DNA of 64,000 nt from positions 1 to 64,000 of IMG/VR virus record IMGVR_UViG_3300028667_000050; one strand, written 5' to 3'. A model generated the notes under the pieces. The model was given only the letters and a program-made list of their open reading frames with translations. It was not told the origin of the DNA and did no database searches. A program made the position numbers and the translations under genes. The stretch is from a virus. Taxonomy: Duplodnaviria > Caudoviricetes. Every line of letters starts with the position of its first letter. The first letter of the stretch is position 1. Positions 30,839-39,637 of the stretch are shown piece after piece.

Positions 30839-30870
30839 CACTGTGCTATTTAGCATGGTGCTTTTTATTG
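30839..30870 (+). terminator. Intrinsic terminator
   Basis: gcactgtgct-attt-agcatggtgc followed by tttttatt. Confidence 0.75.
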
Positions 30871-30878
30871 GGAGGTTT

Positions 30879-31241
30879 TATGAGTGTCTTAAGCATTTAC
30901 GGCGGTGACGTCACGGCCGGAAGCATTGATGGAGATTTAATAACGACAGAAAGAAAAATAGCTCTTAAAGGCACGAGGGGAATCCGGTAACGAAAACCTA
31001 TGCCTTAAGAGCTATTAGTACATCTAAGCCAGCCTGTGTTGTGAAGATTACTTTAGATGGTCCGCAGAAAGATTGGTTTGCTATCTCTTTAGATGGCGCA
31101 AAATGGGGACAGAGAATTGACATTCCGTATATTAAAGACGAGAATGTCTTATTTTTTATCAGGTGCAATATACCGGAAGATGCAGATTACGGAGATAACA
31201 CTGCTAACTTCCTTAACTTAGACTATTTTGGAGGTGTGTAG
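30879..31241 (+). CDS. Tail-associated protein, paralogue 1 (frameshifted)
   Basis: MSVLSIYGGDVTAGSIDGDL...WFAISLDG..WG..I.I..I.DENVLFFIR. Confidence 0.6.
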
Positions 31242-31242
31242 C

Positions 31243-31688
31243 TTGGCACTACATTTTTATATAAACGGAACGGAAGGCGGGCAGGACGGAGAGAACTAAG
31301 TAATGGCGATTTCACCAAGCCATTTGTCTGTTTGATGGCTTCTATCCCGGAACTGGCGTAACGCTTTATAAGGCATTACCGATATATATCAGGCGGATGG
31401 CAGGAGAAACCTACTATTTGGTGCAAGGTGGAGATAAGGGGAAACTCAGCCTTGAAATTTCAGTTTTGATAATACCGTTGGCCATAATGGTGGATACTAT
31501 GGTATAGTACTAATGATTACGTATTCTACAACAATACTTATTATTACAAGGGTGGCAAAATACTTGGCAAGGTAGGAGATACCAACAAAAAGATAATGGT
31601 GCTTGCTGCAGCCAGCGGGGACGAGACCAATAGTCCGGATCTAACCACAAAAATATATGCAAGGAGTTGTTACAATGGCGCATCTTAA
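31243..31688 (+). CDS. Tail-associated protein, paralogue 2 (several frameshifts)
   Basis: LALHFYINGTEGGQDG...KVGDTNKKIMVLAAASGDETNSPD. Confidence 0.55.
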
Positions 31689-32135
31689 ATTATATTTGAA
31701 CGGTACTCCTGGAGGAACTGATGGGGAGGAGTTAACAGACAGCACAGTCATAAAGGGTATCATGACCAATTCCCAGGCCAGTAGATATACTTATGGAGGA
31801 AAGGATACATATTATGGAGCATCGGTTCTGCCTGTCTGCTTGCGGTGCGATGCCGGTTTTAAGGCTACCAATGTAGTTTTAAAAAATATCACAAATGTAT
31901 ATTCTCTGCTAGGCTATATCAATAGCACAATGTATTTTGCCATAGACAACTTAGATACGTTTAAGAACGTTGTGAAAAATCTAGCTTCGGTATTAGCGGT
32001 ATTCAAGATTCTATGACGTTTAGCGTTGGCAATACCAATGTCATGATTATTCTCGTGATAGAAGCAGCAAGCACTGATACAACTAACCTAGTTGATTTAT
32101 TCTCTGTGTCCTATGTGGAGGATGAAACGGCATGA
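31675..32135 (+). CDS. Tail-associated protein, paralogue 3 (frameshift near 32010)
   Basis: MAHLKLYLNGTPGGTDGEEL...CLRCDAGF...SVGNTNVMIILVIEAASTD. Confidence 0.6.
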
Positions 32136-33420
32136 GCATAGTGTTGACGGTTTCTGCAAGCAGGCTTATCGGGACAACAGGCGATGGTGAGATGGCTGGG
32201 GACTTGAAAAGAATATATAGTGCTACTCCAGTTACAGTCAGTTGTTTGAGAGCCATTAATACAGCAGGAGACACAGAAATAGTTGGAGACGTTAGCAGGG
32301 TTTATCAGCAAGGTGGTGCTATTGTAAGTGCTTTAAGAGCTATAGATAGTTCCGGGGATAGGGAATTGTCAGGAGATTTGGAACGCATTTATCAGCCCGG
32401 CGGTATCATTGCCAAGGCACCAAGAGCTATAAATACTGCAGGTGACAATGAAATAAAAGGTGATTTTCTTAGGATCTGCTTTGTCACTTTGGCGCATATG
32501 GCAGAAGATAGTTACATAATCCTTACGGTGGAACAGCCTTATGGTATTCCCTGGATGGAGAATGAAATAGTCCATAGCGCTTGGTGCTGGAAGGTGACTA
32601 GGACAGATGGTGTAGTTCTTGGCTTTACTTCTCACGATGAGGACATCGAATATAACGGAGTGGTGTATAAGGCATCAACAGGATTTGCGCCTACTGCAGT
32701 TTCCACAAGCGGTGACATGGCGGTGGACAACCTTGATGCTGAAGGTATGCTGAGAGGTGGTGCCATTACTGCAGAAGATCTGCGCAAGGGTATTTATACC
32801 AACGCTGCAATTGAAGTGTTTCTAATTAACTACCAAAATACCAAAGATGAGATATTCCTTTTACGCAAAGGCATAATTGGTGAAGTAACCTATGGCAAGA
32901 ACGGTTTTAAGGCTGAGATAAGAGGACTCATGGAAGCATATCAGCAGCAAAGCGGTAAGTATACCAGAAGAGCTGTAGGGTGGCCCTGGGCAGCAAAGAA
33001 TGCGGTATGTATATGCCTAACTGGACTTATACAGGCACAGTTACAGGAATTCAGGAGGATGGTTCGTTTGTCATAGATGTTAAGAAGGCGGAGGACTTTT
33101 TTGATTATGGTGTGATTGCCTGGCAGATGGGGAAAAATGCTGGTAGTCAGATGGAAGTAAAGAAGTATTATTCCACAGGCAAGACAGAGCTATTCCTTCC
33201 AATGGCTTATGCAGTAGGATTAGGTGATACTTTTCAAATAACCGCCGGTTGTGATGGCAATGCTACCACCTGCAGAAATAGGTTTAACAACCTGGCTAAC
33301 TTCAGGGGAGAGCCTTATATCATTGGCAACTCCTATTCAGCAAGCTATCCGGTAAGTGCATCAGACAACATCGTATCTGAGGGCGGAGATGTAAGAGTAG
33401 GAGCATATAAGTGGGAATAG
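32132..33420 (+). CDS. DUF2163 baseplate-hub protein (GTA-like) with four N-terminal 29-aa repeats; frameshift near 32960
   Basis: WCWKVTRTDGVVLGFTSHDEDI, AVDNLDAEG, C-terminal GCDG...CRNRFNNLANFRGEPY. Confidence 0.85.
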
Positions 33421-33449
33421 TTGCTTTTTTGGATAACCACTAGTATGAT
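33421..33449 (+). promoter_or_regulatory. Sigma-A promoter TTGCTT-17-TATGAT of moron 2
   Basis: Canonical spacing directly after the hub stop codon. Confidence 0.7.
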
Positions 33450-33489
33450 AAACATGAAATTAATTTTAACATCTTTTTAGAGGCATATA

Positions 33490-33931
33490 TGAAATATAAT
33501 CGTATATTGAATATTTTCTTTATCAGCGTTTTGGTTGGCACATATATAAACGCATCTGGATTTCATTATACAGATAAGAATGTTTTTGGTATGTTGATTT
33601 TTCCGGCCCAATCTAGCTACAGAGGTGCTTCATTTTGATGAGTTTTGCTGATTTTTCTTTTGTTTATACAATTTGCAGCGTTATATTCTGCGTTGATCAG
33701 TTTATCTCTCCTGAGTATTACAAGAAATTATTGGAATACAAGTATTTTAATGAAAATCTAAACGTTATGTTTTGCATACCTATAATTAATTTGCCATTTA
33801 TGCTTACAGTACTAACTTGTGATTTTAATAAAGAGTTAGAAGGCAAAGATTTAATTCTTGGTGTTGTCCTGTTCATCTTGTATTTTATTAGTCTTATTGG
33901 TGTCGTTCTTAAGTTTATGTATAATCATTAA
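33490..33931 (+). CDS. Moron 2: AT-rich multi-pass membrane protein (frameshift near 33625)
   Basis: Hydrophobic segments; own promoter; terminator gtagcatcgc...gcggtgctattttt at 33938-33970. Confidence 0.55.
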
Positions 33932-33982
33932 TTTGCAAGTAGCATCGCTCAAATGGGCGGTGCTATTTTTATACCTATTTAC

Positions 33983-34060
33983 ATAAAAAGAAAACCTTTC
34001 ATAACTATCAGGTATCGACTTTCGGCGCCAAAGCTGATAATCATAAAAGGCTTTCTTATA
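33983..34060 (-). ncRNA. Candidate minus-strand hairpin sRNA
   Basis: 24-bp stem whose only non-Watson-Crick pairs are four G-U on the minus strand; GAAA-capped apex; 3' U-tract; TG-G-TATAAT promoter just upstream (about 34066-34074). Confidence 0.7.
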
Positions 34061-34110
34061 TTTTTATTATACCAGAGAATTTTATTATTGCCATCATGGG
34101 AGGTGATAGC

Positions 34111-34542
34111 ATGAAACGAAGTGAAATAGTAAAAGAAGCAGAAGGTTGGATTGGTACAAAATGGCAGCACCAGCAGGCTACGAAACAGGTAGCTTGTGAT
34201 TGTGCAGGCCTGGCTAGGGGTGTATATGCCAATCTTACCGGTACGCAGGTGGAGATAATGGATTACCCTGCTACTTGGCACTTGTTTAAGAAGGAAGAGC
34301 GCCTATATGAAACCTGCAAAGAAATAATGGATGAGATTAGGCTTTCAGATATCAAGGCCGGAGATATTTTGCTCTTTGCTTTTAGACCTAGCTTTGTCTG
34401 CCATCACCTTGGTATATATACAGGCAAGGGCACTTTTATTCATAGCGACATGGATGCAGGCAAGGTTATTGTCAGCAGGTTGGACAGTTTTTGGAAGAGC
34501 AGGCTTAGATGTGCTTTTAGGTTTAGAGAGGTGGAGGATTAA
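34111..34542 (+). CDS. NlpC/P60 tail peptidase (GTA-like)
   Basis: WIGTKWQHQ...ACDCAGLARGVY...GDILLF...HHLGIY...FIHS. Confidence 0.9.
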   Translation: MKRSEIVKEAEGWIGTKWQHQQATKQVACDCAGLARGVYANLTGTQVEIMDYPATWHLFKKEERLYETCKEIMDEIRLSDIKAGDILLFAFRPSFVCHHLGIYTGKGTFIHSDMDAGKVIVSRLDSFWKSRLRCAFRFREVED

Positions 34543-36768
34543 TGGCTACACTTGGTGCGTCCTTATTTCTTGCTGCTAACCACATGAGCCTGTTTGCTTC
34601 TTTCCTGATCATGACGGCTGCCACGGTGGTAGATAACTATCTAATATCTTCATTGTCCTCCGGTACCAAGGTAACCCAGGCAAGGTTGACGATTTGTCTG
34701 TCCAGACTTGTACGGTGGGCAGTGCTATATCCAAAGGGTATGGGAAAGTAAGACTTACCGGCAATATCATATGGGGAACTAAATACACGGAGCATATTAA
34801 ACAAACAACCAGTTCTGCAGGAGGCAAGGGTGGTGGAGGAGCCAAGACTACTACCACCACCTATTCCTATTCTGCATCTTTTGCCATTGCCTTGGCAGAA
34901 GGGCCTATTGTGGGTGTAAGTGCTGTGTGGGCAGATGGCAATGCTATTTCCTTAGATGACCTGGACTACAGGCTGTACTATGGTACCGAAAACCAGATGC
35001 CCGATGAATTTATGGAGGCCATAGAAGGGGCAGGCAACGTTCCTGCCTACAGGGGCCTGGCCTATATCGTTTTCAAAAATGTCTTGCTTACGGATTATGG
35101 TAACAGGATACCTACTTTTAGTTTTGTAGTAGAGTTCCCAAAAAGTAATCTGAAAGACATTGTGGAAGATATTAGTGCCGATGCAGGGCTTATTCTGCAG
35201 CAAGAAGTTGATGCCGCTGCCTTATCTAACCTTTCAGTGGATGGCTTTATTCGCAATGGTTCTAAAACCTTTAGAGAACAGATGGAAGAATTAAGAGTGG
35301 TACATGTCTTTGATGGAACAGAACGCTTTGGCAAGATAGTCTTTGCTCCCAGAAGTTTTTCCACGGTTATACCTATTTCCAAGGGAGAGATAGGAGCCTT
35401 TGAAAATAAAGCAGGAGAGGAGCCTATTGAAACATCAATACAGTATGATATGGAGTTGCCCAAACGGCTGACCATTAGTTATCTTTCTAAGGATAACGAT
35501 TACCAGACGGGTATACAAACAGGATATCGGCAGCTGACGGGTGCCATAAGCGAGAAAAGTTTATCTACTAATGTAGTAATGTCCGATAGCGCAGCCAAGT
35601 CCGTAGCTGAAATGAGACTTTACGAACTTTGGATGGCAAGGACAACTCATGAATTCAAGCTGCCTATGAAGTATGGCTACGTACTGCCTGGTGATGTCCT
35701 GCAGCTTAATATGCCCAACGATACCGGCAGCCAGCTGGTGGTAGTAACCAAGGCCAACTTTGGCAGGCCGGGACTTAACGTAATCTCAGCTTCAAATGTA
35801 AATGCCATGAACTATACTTTGGTAACAAGACCGGTAGATGAAACGCCGGAAGCCATTATCAGTACACCAAGCGAGGTGTTTGCCTTTATCTTGGACTACC
35901 CAAAGGTATCCATAGACACTTCCAGTGGTGATGATTACGTCTACATTGCCGTAGGAGCAAAGAATTTCTATGGTGCTAATATTTATAGGTCTTATGATGC
36001 CGGGGTAAGCTACGAGCACCAGCTGACATTTACAGGTACAGCTACCTTTGGTGAAACACTGACAGCTTTAGGTAGTGCTTATCCGGAGTATTGGGACAAT
36101 GGCCATACTGTAGATGTGAAGCTTACAGCGGGTACTTTGGAAAGCCACACCAAGGCAGAAGTACTAAATTTTGCCAATGCTGCCGTAGTAGGAGACGAAG
36201 TTATCCAGTTCATGACGGCAGAACTTATTGCTGAAGATACCTACAGGCTGAAAGGCCTGCTGAGAGGCAGGAACGGTACTGAGCATAGAATGGAGAACCA
36301 CCAAATTGGTGAACGTTTTGTGCTTTTGAACAGCACCGGTATTTCAGCTCTGCCCATAAGCAAGAGCGACTGGTATACAGATGTGAACCTTAGAATTGGT
36401 CCAAGGGCCAACAGCGTAATAAACGACAGCTATAAGAACTATACTTTTCAGCCACAGGGAGAGATGTACAGGCCTTGGAGTGTTTGCTCCTTAAAAACCA
36501 AAAGGTGGATGGAAATATAGTAATTACCTGGAAACGCAGGACCAGAAAAGATGGTGCATGGAAAGATTATGCTGATGTGCCATTGTCTGAGAATACAGAG
36601 GCCTATGAGATAGAAGTGTTAGATAAAGATAATAAAGTATTACGCACTACGGCGGTAAGTCAGGAAAGCTACACGTATGATGGCACTGTTGCTGGTGCTT
36701 ATAAAGTTAAGGTTTATCAGATTAGTGAAGTAAGAGGTAGAGGGATAGAAGCTGAAATAGTTATTTAG
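34542..36768 (+). CDS. Central tail-tip / host-specificity protein (GTA megatron- or gpJ-like), frameshifts near 34690 and 36490
   Basis: YGKVRLTGNIIW...YSYSASFAIALAEGPI...PAYRGLAYIVF...GNRIPTFSF...AAVVGDEVIQF...LLRGRNGTE...WKRRTR. Confidence 0.85.
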
Positions 36769-36781
36769 AGCAAAAAAAAAC

Positions 36782-36914
36782 AAAACATTGCTTTATAGTA
36801 AGGCCCCATCTCTTACTTCCACTACCGACAGTGGAGCAGTTATGAATGGTTCAGACACTAATAAAGTCGGAAGTGCTGAGCAGGGGGGGGCATAACAGCA
36901 TAAAGCAATGTTTT
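36782..36914. repeat. 15-bp perfect inverted repeat enclosing a rod-foldable 103-bp core
   Basis: aaaacattgctttat (36782-36796) / ataaagcaatgtttt (36900-36914); inner gcccc/ggggc, acttcc/ggaagt, gac/gtc, agtg/cact, tgaa/ttca. Confidence 0.8.
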
Positions 36915-37028
36915 ATTTAAGAATAAGCTAGTTAATTTCTTTATGACCATAAAGGTTTACAAGAAACACTTTTCTTGCCTAGAATATAGCATTAAAAAAT
37001 TTGAAAGTCAATAAAAGGAGCTGATGCT

Positions 37029-37445
37029 GTGAGCAGCACAAAAAGAATAGGGCTGGAATACTTGGAGGTAAACCAGTCCCAGAAAGAAACAACGGTTAAC
37101 GAGGCTTTTAACAAGTTAGACTTATTTGCCGGATTAACAATAGAAAACATTATATCAGCACCACCTGGCAGTCCCACCGAAGGGGCTGCTTTTTTAGTGG
37201 GCGAAAGTGCTACCGGTGCTTTTCTTGGCAAAGAGAAGCAAATAGCTCATTACCTGAATGCTGGCTGGGAGTTCTATGCTCCATTTGAAGGACTGAAGTT
37301 ATACTGCCTTGCTGATAGCAGCAATTATCGCTACCTGTCCGGTGCTTGGCAGACCTTAAGCGAGCCAACTATCCAGGTGGTGGACGCCTTGCCTGCTACG
37401 CCAGTGGCAGGTGTGATTTATTTTGTGAAAGAGGCAACGACATGA
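37029..37445 (+). CDS. DUF2793 protein
   Basis: LEYLEVNQSQKETTVNEA...PPGSPTEG...V...ATGAF.GKE.QIA...GWEFYAP.EG. Confidence 0.85.
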   Translation: MSSTKRIGLEYLEVNQSQKETTVNEAFNKLDLFAGLTIENIISAPPGSPTEGAAFLVGESATGAFLGKEKQIAHYLNAGWEFYAPFEGLKLYCLADSSNYRYLSGAWQTLSEPTIQVVDALPATPVAGVIYFVKEATT

Positions 37446-37930
37446 TCAGCATAAATGGCAAGACCGTCAAAGAAGTATATGTGGGCAGCAATAAGATAAG
37501 CAAGGTCTATCATGGTTCTGATTTAATTTGGAAAGCAGGCGAAGGAGGTGATCCTAATATCTTTGACAAGTCCCTGACGGATATTTATGCCTATATCCGT
37601 TATGCCAACTTGTCATTTAATACAGCCACAGCGGATAACCTCATGGCTAGATGCGTGGTTGAGCCGAATACTACCTATACAGTTACGTTATTGATGGATA
37701 CCAGGTTTAGAATATTCAGCTACAATGGACAGCCGGTAAGTGGAACTGTTTTGTCTGGTGTCATTATTGATTCTTCAGATACCAATGGTACTGCTAGTGT
37801 TAACCAGACTAAGACTCTTTCTATTACGACCGGAAGCGATCATACCATGCTTTATATTGGTTATTGGACTAGCACCGGAACGATGGCGGCAGCAGATATT
37901 AGAAACAGCATCATAATTACTAAAAACTAA
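37442..37930 (+). CDS. Putative tail fibre/receptor-binding accessory protein
   Basis: MISINGKTVKEVYVGSNKISKVYHGSDLIW N-terminus followed by a beta-rich domain. Confidence 0.6.
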   Translation: MISINGKTVKEVYVGSNKISKVYHGSDLIWKAGEGGDPNIFDKSLTDIYAYIRYANLSFNTATADNLMARCVVEPNTTYTVTLLMDTRFRIFSYNGQPVSGTVLSGVIIDSSDTNGTASVNQTKTLSITTGSDHTMLYIGYWTSTGTMAAADIRNSIIITKN

Positions 37931-37944
37931 AGGAGTGAAAAAAA

Positions 37945-38454
37945 TTGAATAAAGAAGCTTTATATATGGCTATCACGGATAGCCTTAGAAATCTCCAGGA
38001 CGTATGGGTGGTAAAACTCATAACGTCCTTTTTTCTTGCCACGATTTATAACCTGCATGTACAGCTTATCTGTGCTTTTGCAGTTCTGGTGTTCCTGGAT
38101 CTGGGTACTAAATGGCTGGCCTTATCCAAGATGCATTTAGAAAATTCCGGCAAGGAAGCAAACATCATAAAAGAAATAAAAAATATCCCAGCAGCCAGAC
38201 GTGCGGGATATATCAAATCTACGGTAATGAAGAATAGGTTTATCGGCAAGATGTTCATCTATTGCCTTTTGACCTTTTGCGGTGGTGTGGTGGACCTTAT
38301 GCTTATTGCCCAGGGCAGACCGTCTATGGCGGTGTCTTTGGTGGTGGGCTATCTATCCGTAAATGAGCTCTTGTCTATTGTGGAAAACCTGCAAGATGCA
38401 GGAGTAGAAGAAGCCAAAAGACTAAAAGAAATTATAGACAGAAAGCTGGGATAG
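37945..38454 (+). CDS. Holin (phage_holin_4-like)
   Basis: LVFLDLGTKW...YLSVNELLSIVENL; directly before the endolysin. Confidence 0.8.
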   Translation: MNKEALYMAITDSLRNLQDVWVVKLITSFFLATIYNLHVQLICAFAVLVFLDLGTKWLALSKMHLENSGKEANIIKEIKNIPAARRAGYIKSTVMKNRFIGKMFIYCLLTFCGGVVDLMLIAQGRPSMAVSLVVGYLSVNELLSIVENLQDAGVEEAKRLKEIIDRKLG

Positions 38455-38455
38455 G

Positions 38456-39013
38456 ATGAAAGAGATTACTTTAGATGAACTTAAAGAAATGGCCCAAGCT
38501 ACTAAAGGCTATATTGACAAGATTTATGTGCATTGGACTGCCGGAAGATATCATCAGTTTTTTGATGACTACCATATTAATGTTGATGCAGATGGCAAAC
38601 TTTATGCTTCTACGGACGATTTAACAGAAGTGCTTGCGCATACCTGGCACAGGAACAGCAGGGCTGTTGGTATTGCCTTAGCGTGCTGTTATGGGGCAGA
38701 AGCTAATAGCGGTGAAGATGCCAATCTTGGTGATTACCCACCTACCCAGGAGCAGATTGATGGTGTGGCCAAAGCTATAGCCGTGCTATGCAAAGGGCTG
38801 GAAATTTCCATAGATTATGATCACATTATGACACATTGCGAAGCCGCAGAAGAGGACGATTATGGTCCGTCTACTACATGTGAGCGGTGGGACTTGTGGT
38901 ATTTGCCGGATACTCCGGGAAGTACCGAGCTTAAACCGGGCGGTGACGTCATCCGTGGCAAAGCGGCCTGGTGGCAAGAAAAATTGAAAGAAAGCGCTGA
39001 AAATGGGCTTTGA
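38456..39013 (+). CDS. Endolysin, N-acetylmuramoyl-L-alanine amidase (Amidase_2-like)
   Basis: IYVHWTAG...DDYHINV...HTWHRNSRAVGIALAC...IMTHCE. Confidence 0.85.
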   Translation: MKEITLDELKEMAQATKGYIDKIYVHWTAGRYHQFFDDYHINVDADGKLYASTDDLTEVLAHTWHRNSRAVGIALACCYGAEANSGEDANLGDYPPTQEQIDGVAKAIAVLCKGLEISIDYDHIMTHCEAAEEDDYGPSTTCERWDLWYLPDTPGSTELKPGGDVIRGKAAWWQEKLKESAENGL

Positions 39014-39130
39014 AATTTCGCTTTTGAGGCCTTTTTTCAGCTTGGTGTTTATGGTTAGTCCTATGAAAAATAGGAAAAACAACTTGCACACTTTAAAAAT
39101 TGGCATAGTAGCAATTTTAATGAAAATGGG

Positions 39131-39514
39131 GTGGTGATAGTGAATGATGAACAAAAGAAGTACCTTGTGTTTGGTATTCTTATCCTTATTATTTCTTTCC
39201 TGCTTGTGCTTACCGGCTACTTCATTGGCAGCAGAGTATCTGATAACGGATACGGAACTCAGCCAGTTGGAGAGCAACTTAAACAGGCTGGAGATAATCA
39301 ACAAGAACTCACAAAAGGAATTGTCGGCAGTAAAGAGCGAGCTGAAGATGTCGAAGGACGAATTGACCGAAGCCAAGAAACAATTGATTCTGCTGCAGAG
39401 CGAACTGGACGGGTTGAAGATAACGTCACAGAAGCAGGAGAGCTTATTAGCCAAAGCCAACGAATCCTTAAAAACGTACGCGCAAGAGGAGAAGTCAAAA
39501 AGGGCTGTAATTGA
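39131..39514 (+). CDS. i-spanin-like protein (N-terminal TM plus coiled coil)
   Basis: YLVFGILILIISFLLVLTGYFIG followed by a heptad region; after the endolysin. Confidence 0.6.
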   Translation: MVIVNDEQKKYLVFGILILIISFLLVLTGYFIGSRVSDNGYGTQPVGEQLKQAGDNQQELTKGIVGSKERAEDVEGRIDRSQETIDSAAERTGRVEDNVTEAGELISQSQRILKNVRARGEVKKGCN

Positions 39515-39578
39515 AAGGCAACGTAATCTTGCCTATGTATTAAGCGCAGGGTTGCTTTATGCCTGGGTAAGGAAATGA
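39144..39578 (+). CDS. Overlapping spanin-like partner (signal peptide, coiled coil, C-terminal TM)
   Basis: +1 frame relative to 39131; TLCLVFLSLLFLSCLCLPATSLAA; LSQLESNLNRL...; C-terminal LAYVLSAGLLYAWVRK. Confidence 0.65.
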   Translation: MMNKRSTLCLVFLSLLFLSCLCLPATSLAAEYLITDTELSQLESNLNRLEIINKNSQKELSAVKSELKMSKDELTEAKKQLILLQSELDGLKITSQKQESLLAKANESLKTYAQEEKSKRAVIERQRNLAYVLSAGLLYAWVRK

Positions 39579-39590
39579 ACATTTATAGCA

Positions 39591-39637
39591 AAAATGCTGG
39601 TAGGAGTATATGCTTGCTCTTACCAGCATTATTTTTT
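39591..39637. terminator. Bidirectional terminator between the lysis genes and the sigma-like gene
   Basis: aaaaatgctggtaggag...ctcttaccagcatt followed by a T-run. Confidence 0.75.

Noticed and set aside
32132-32480. Diversity-generating retroelement (TR/VR pair)
   Set aside because: No reverse transcriptase in the window; repeat differences are not adenine-specific
33979-34281. 100-aa minus-strand ORF
   Set aside because: Antisense to the NlpC/P60 gene with no recognisable product; the region is better explained by the promoter plus hairpin RNA
36778-36918. Retron msr-msd (a1/a2 inverted repeats) or type I toxin peptide
   Set aside because: No reverse transcriptase; the 35-codon minus ORF has no RBS and no clear TM helix
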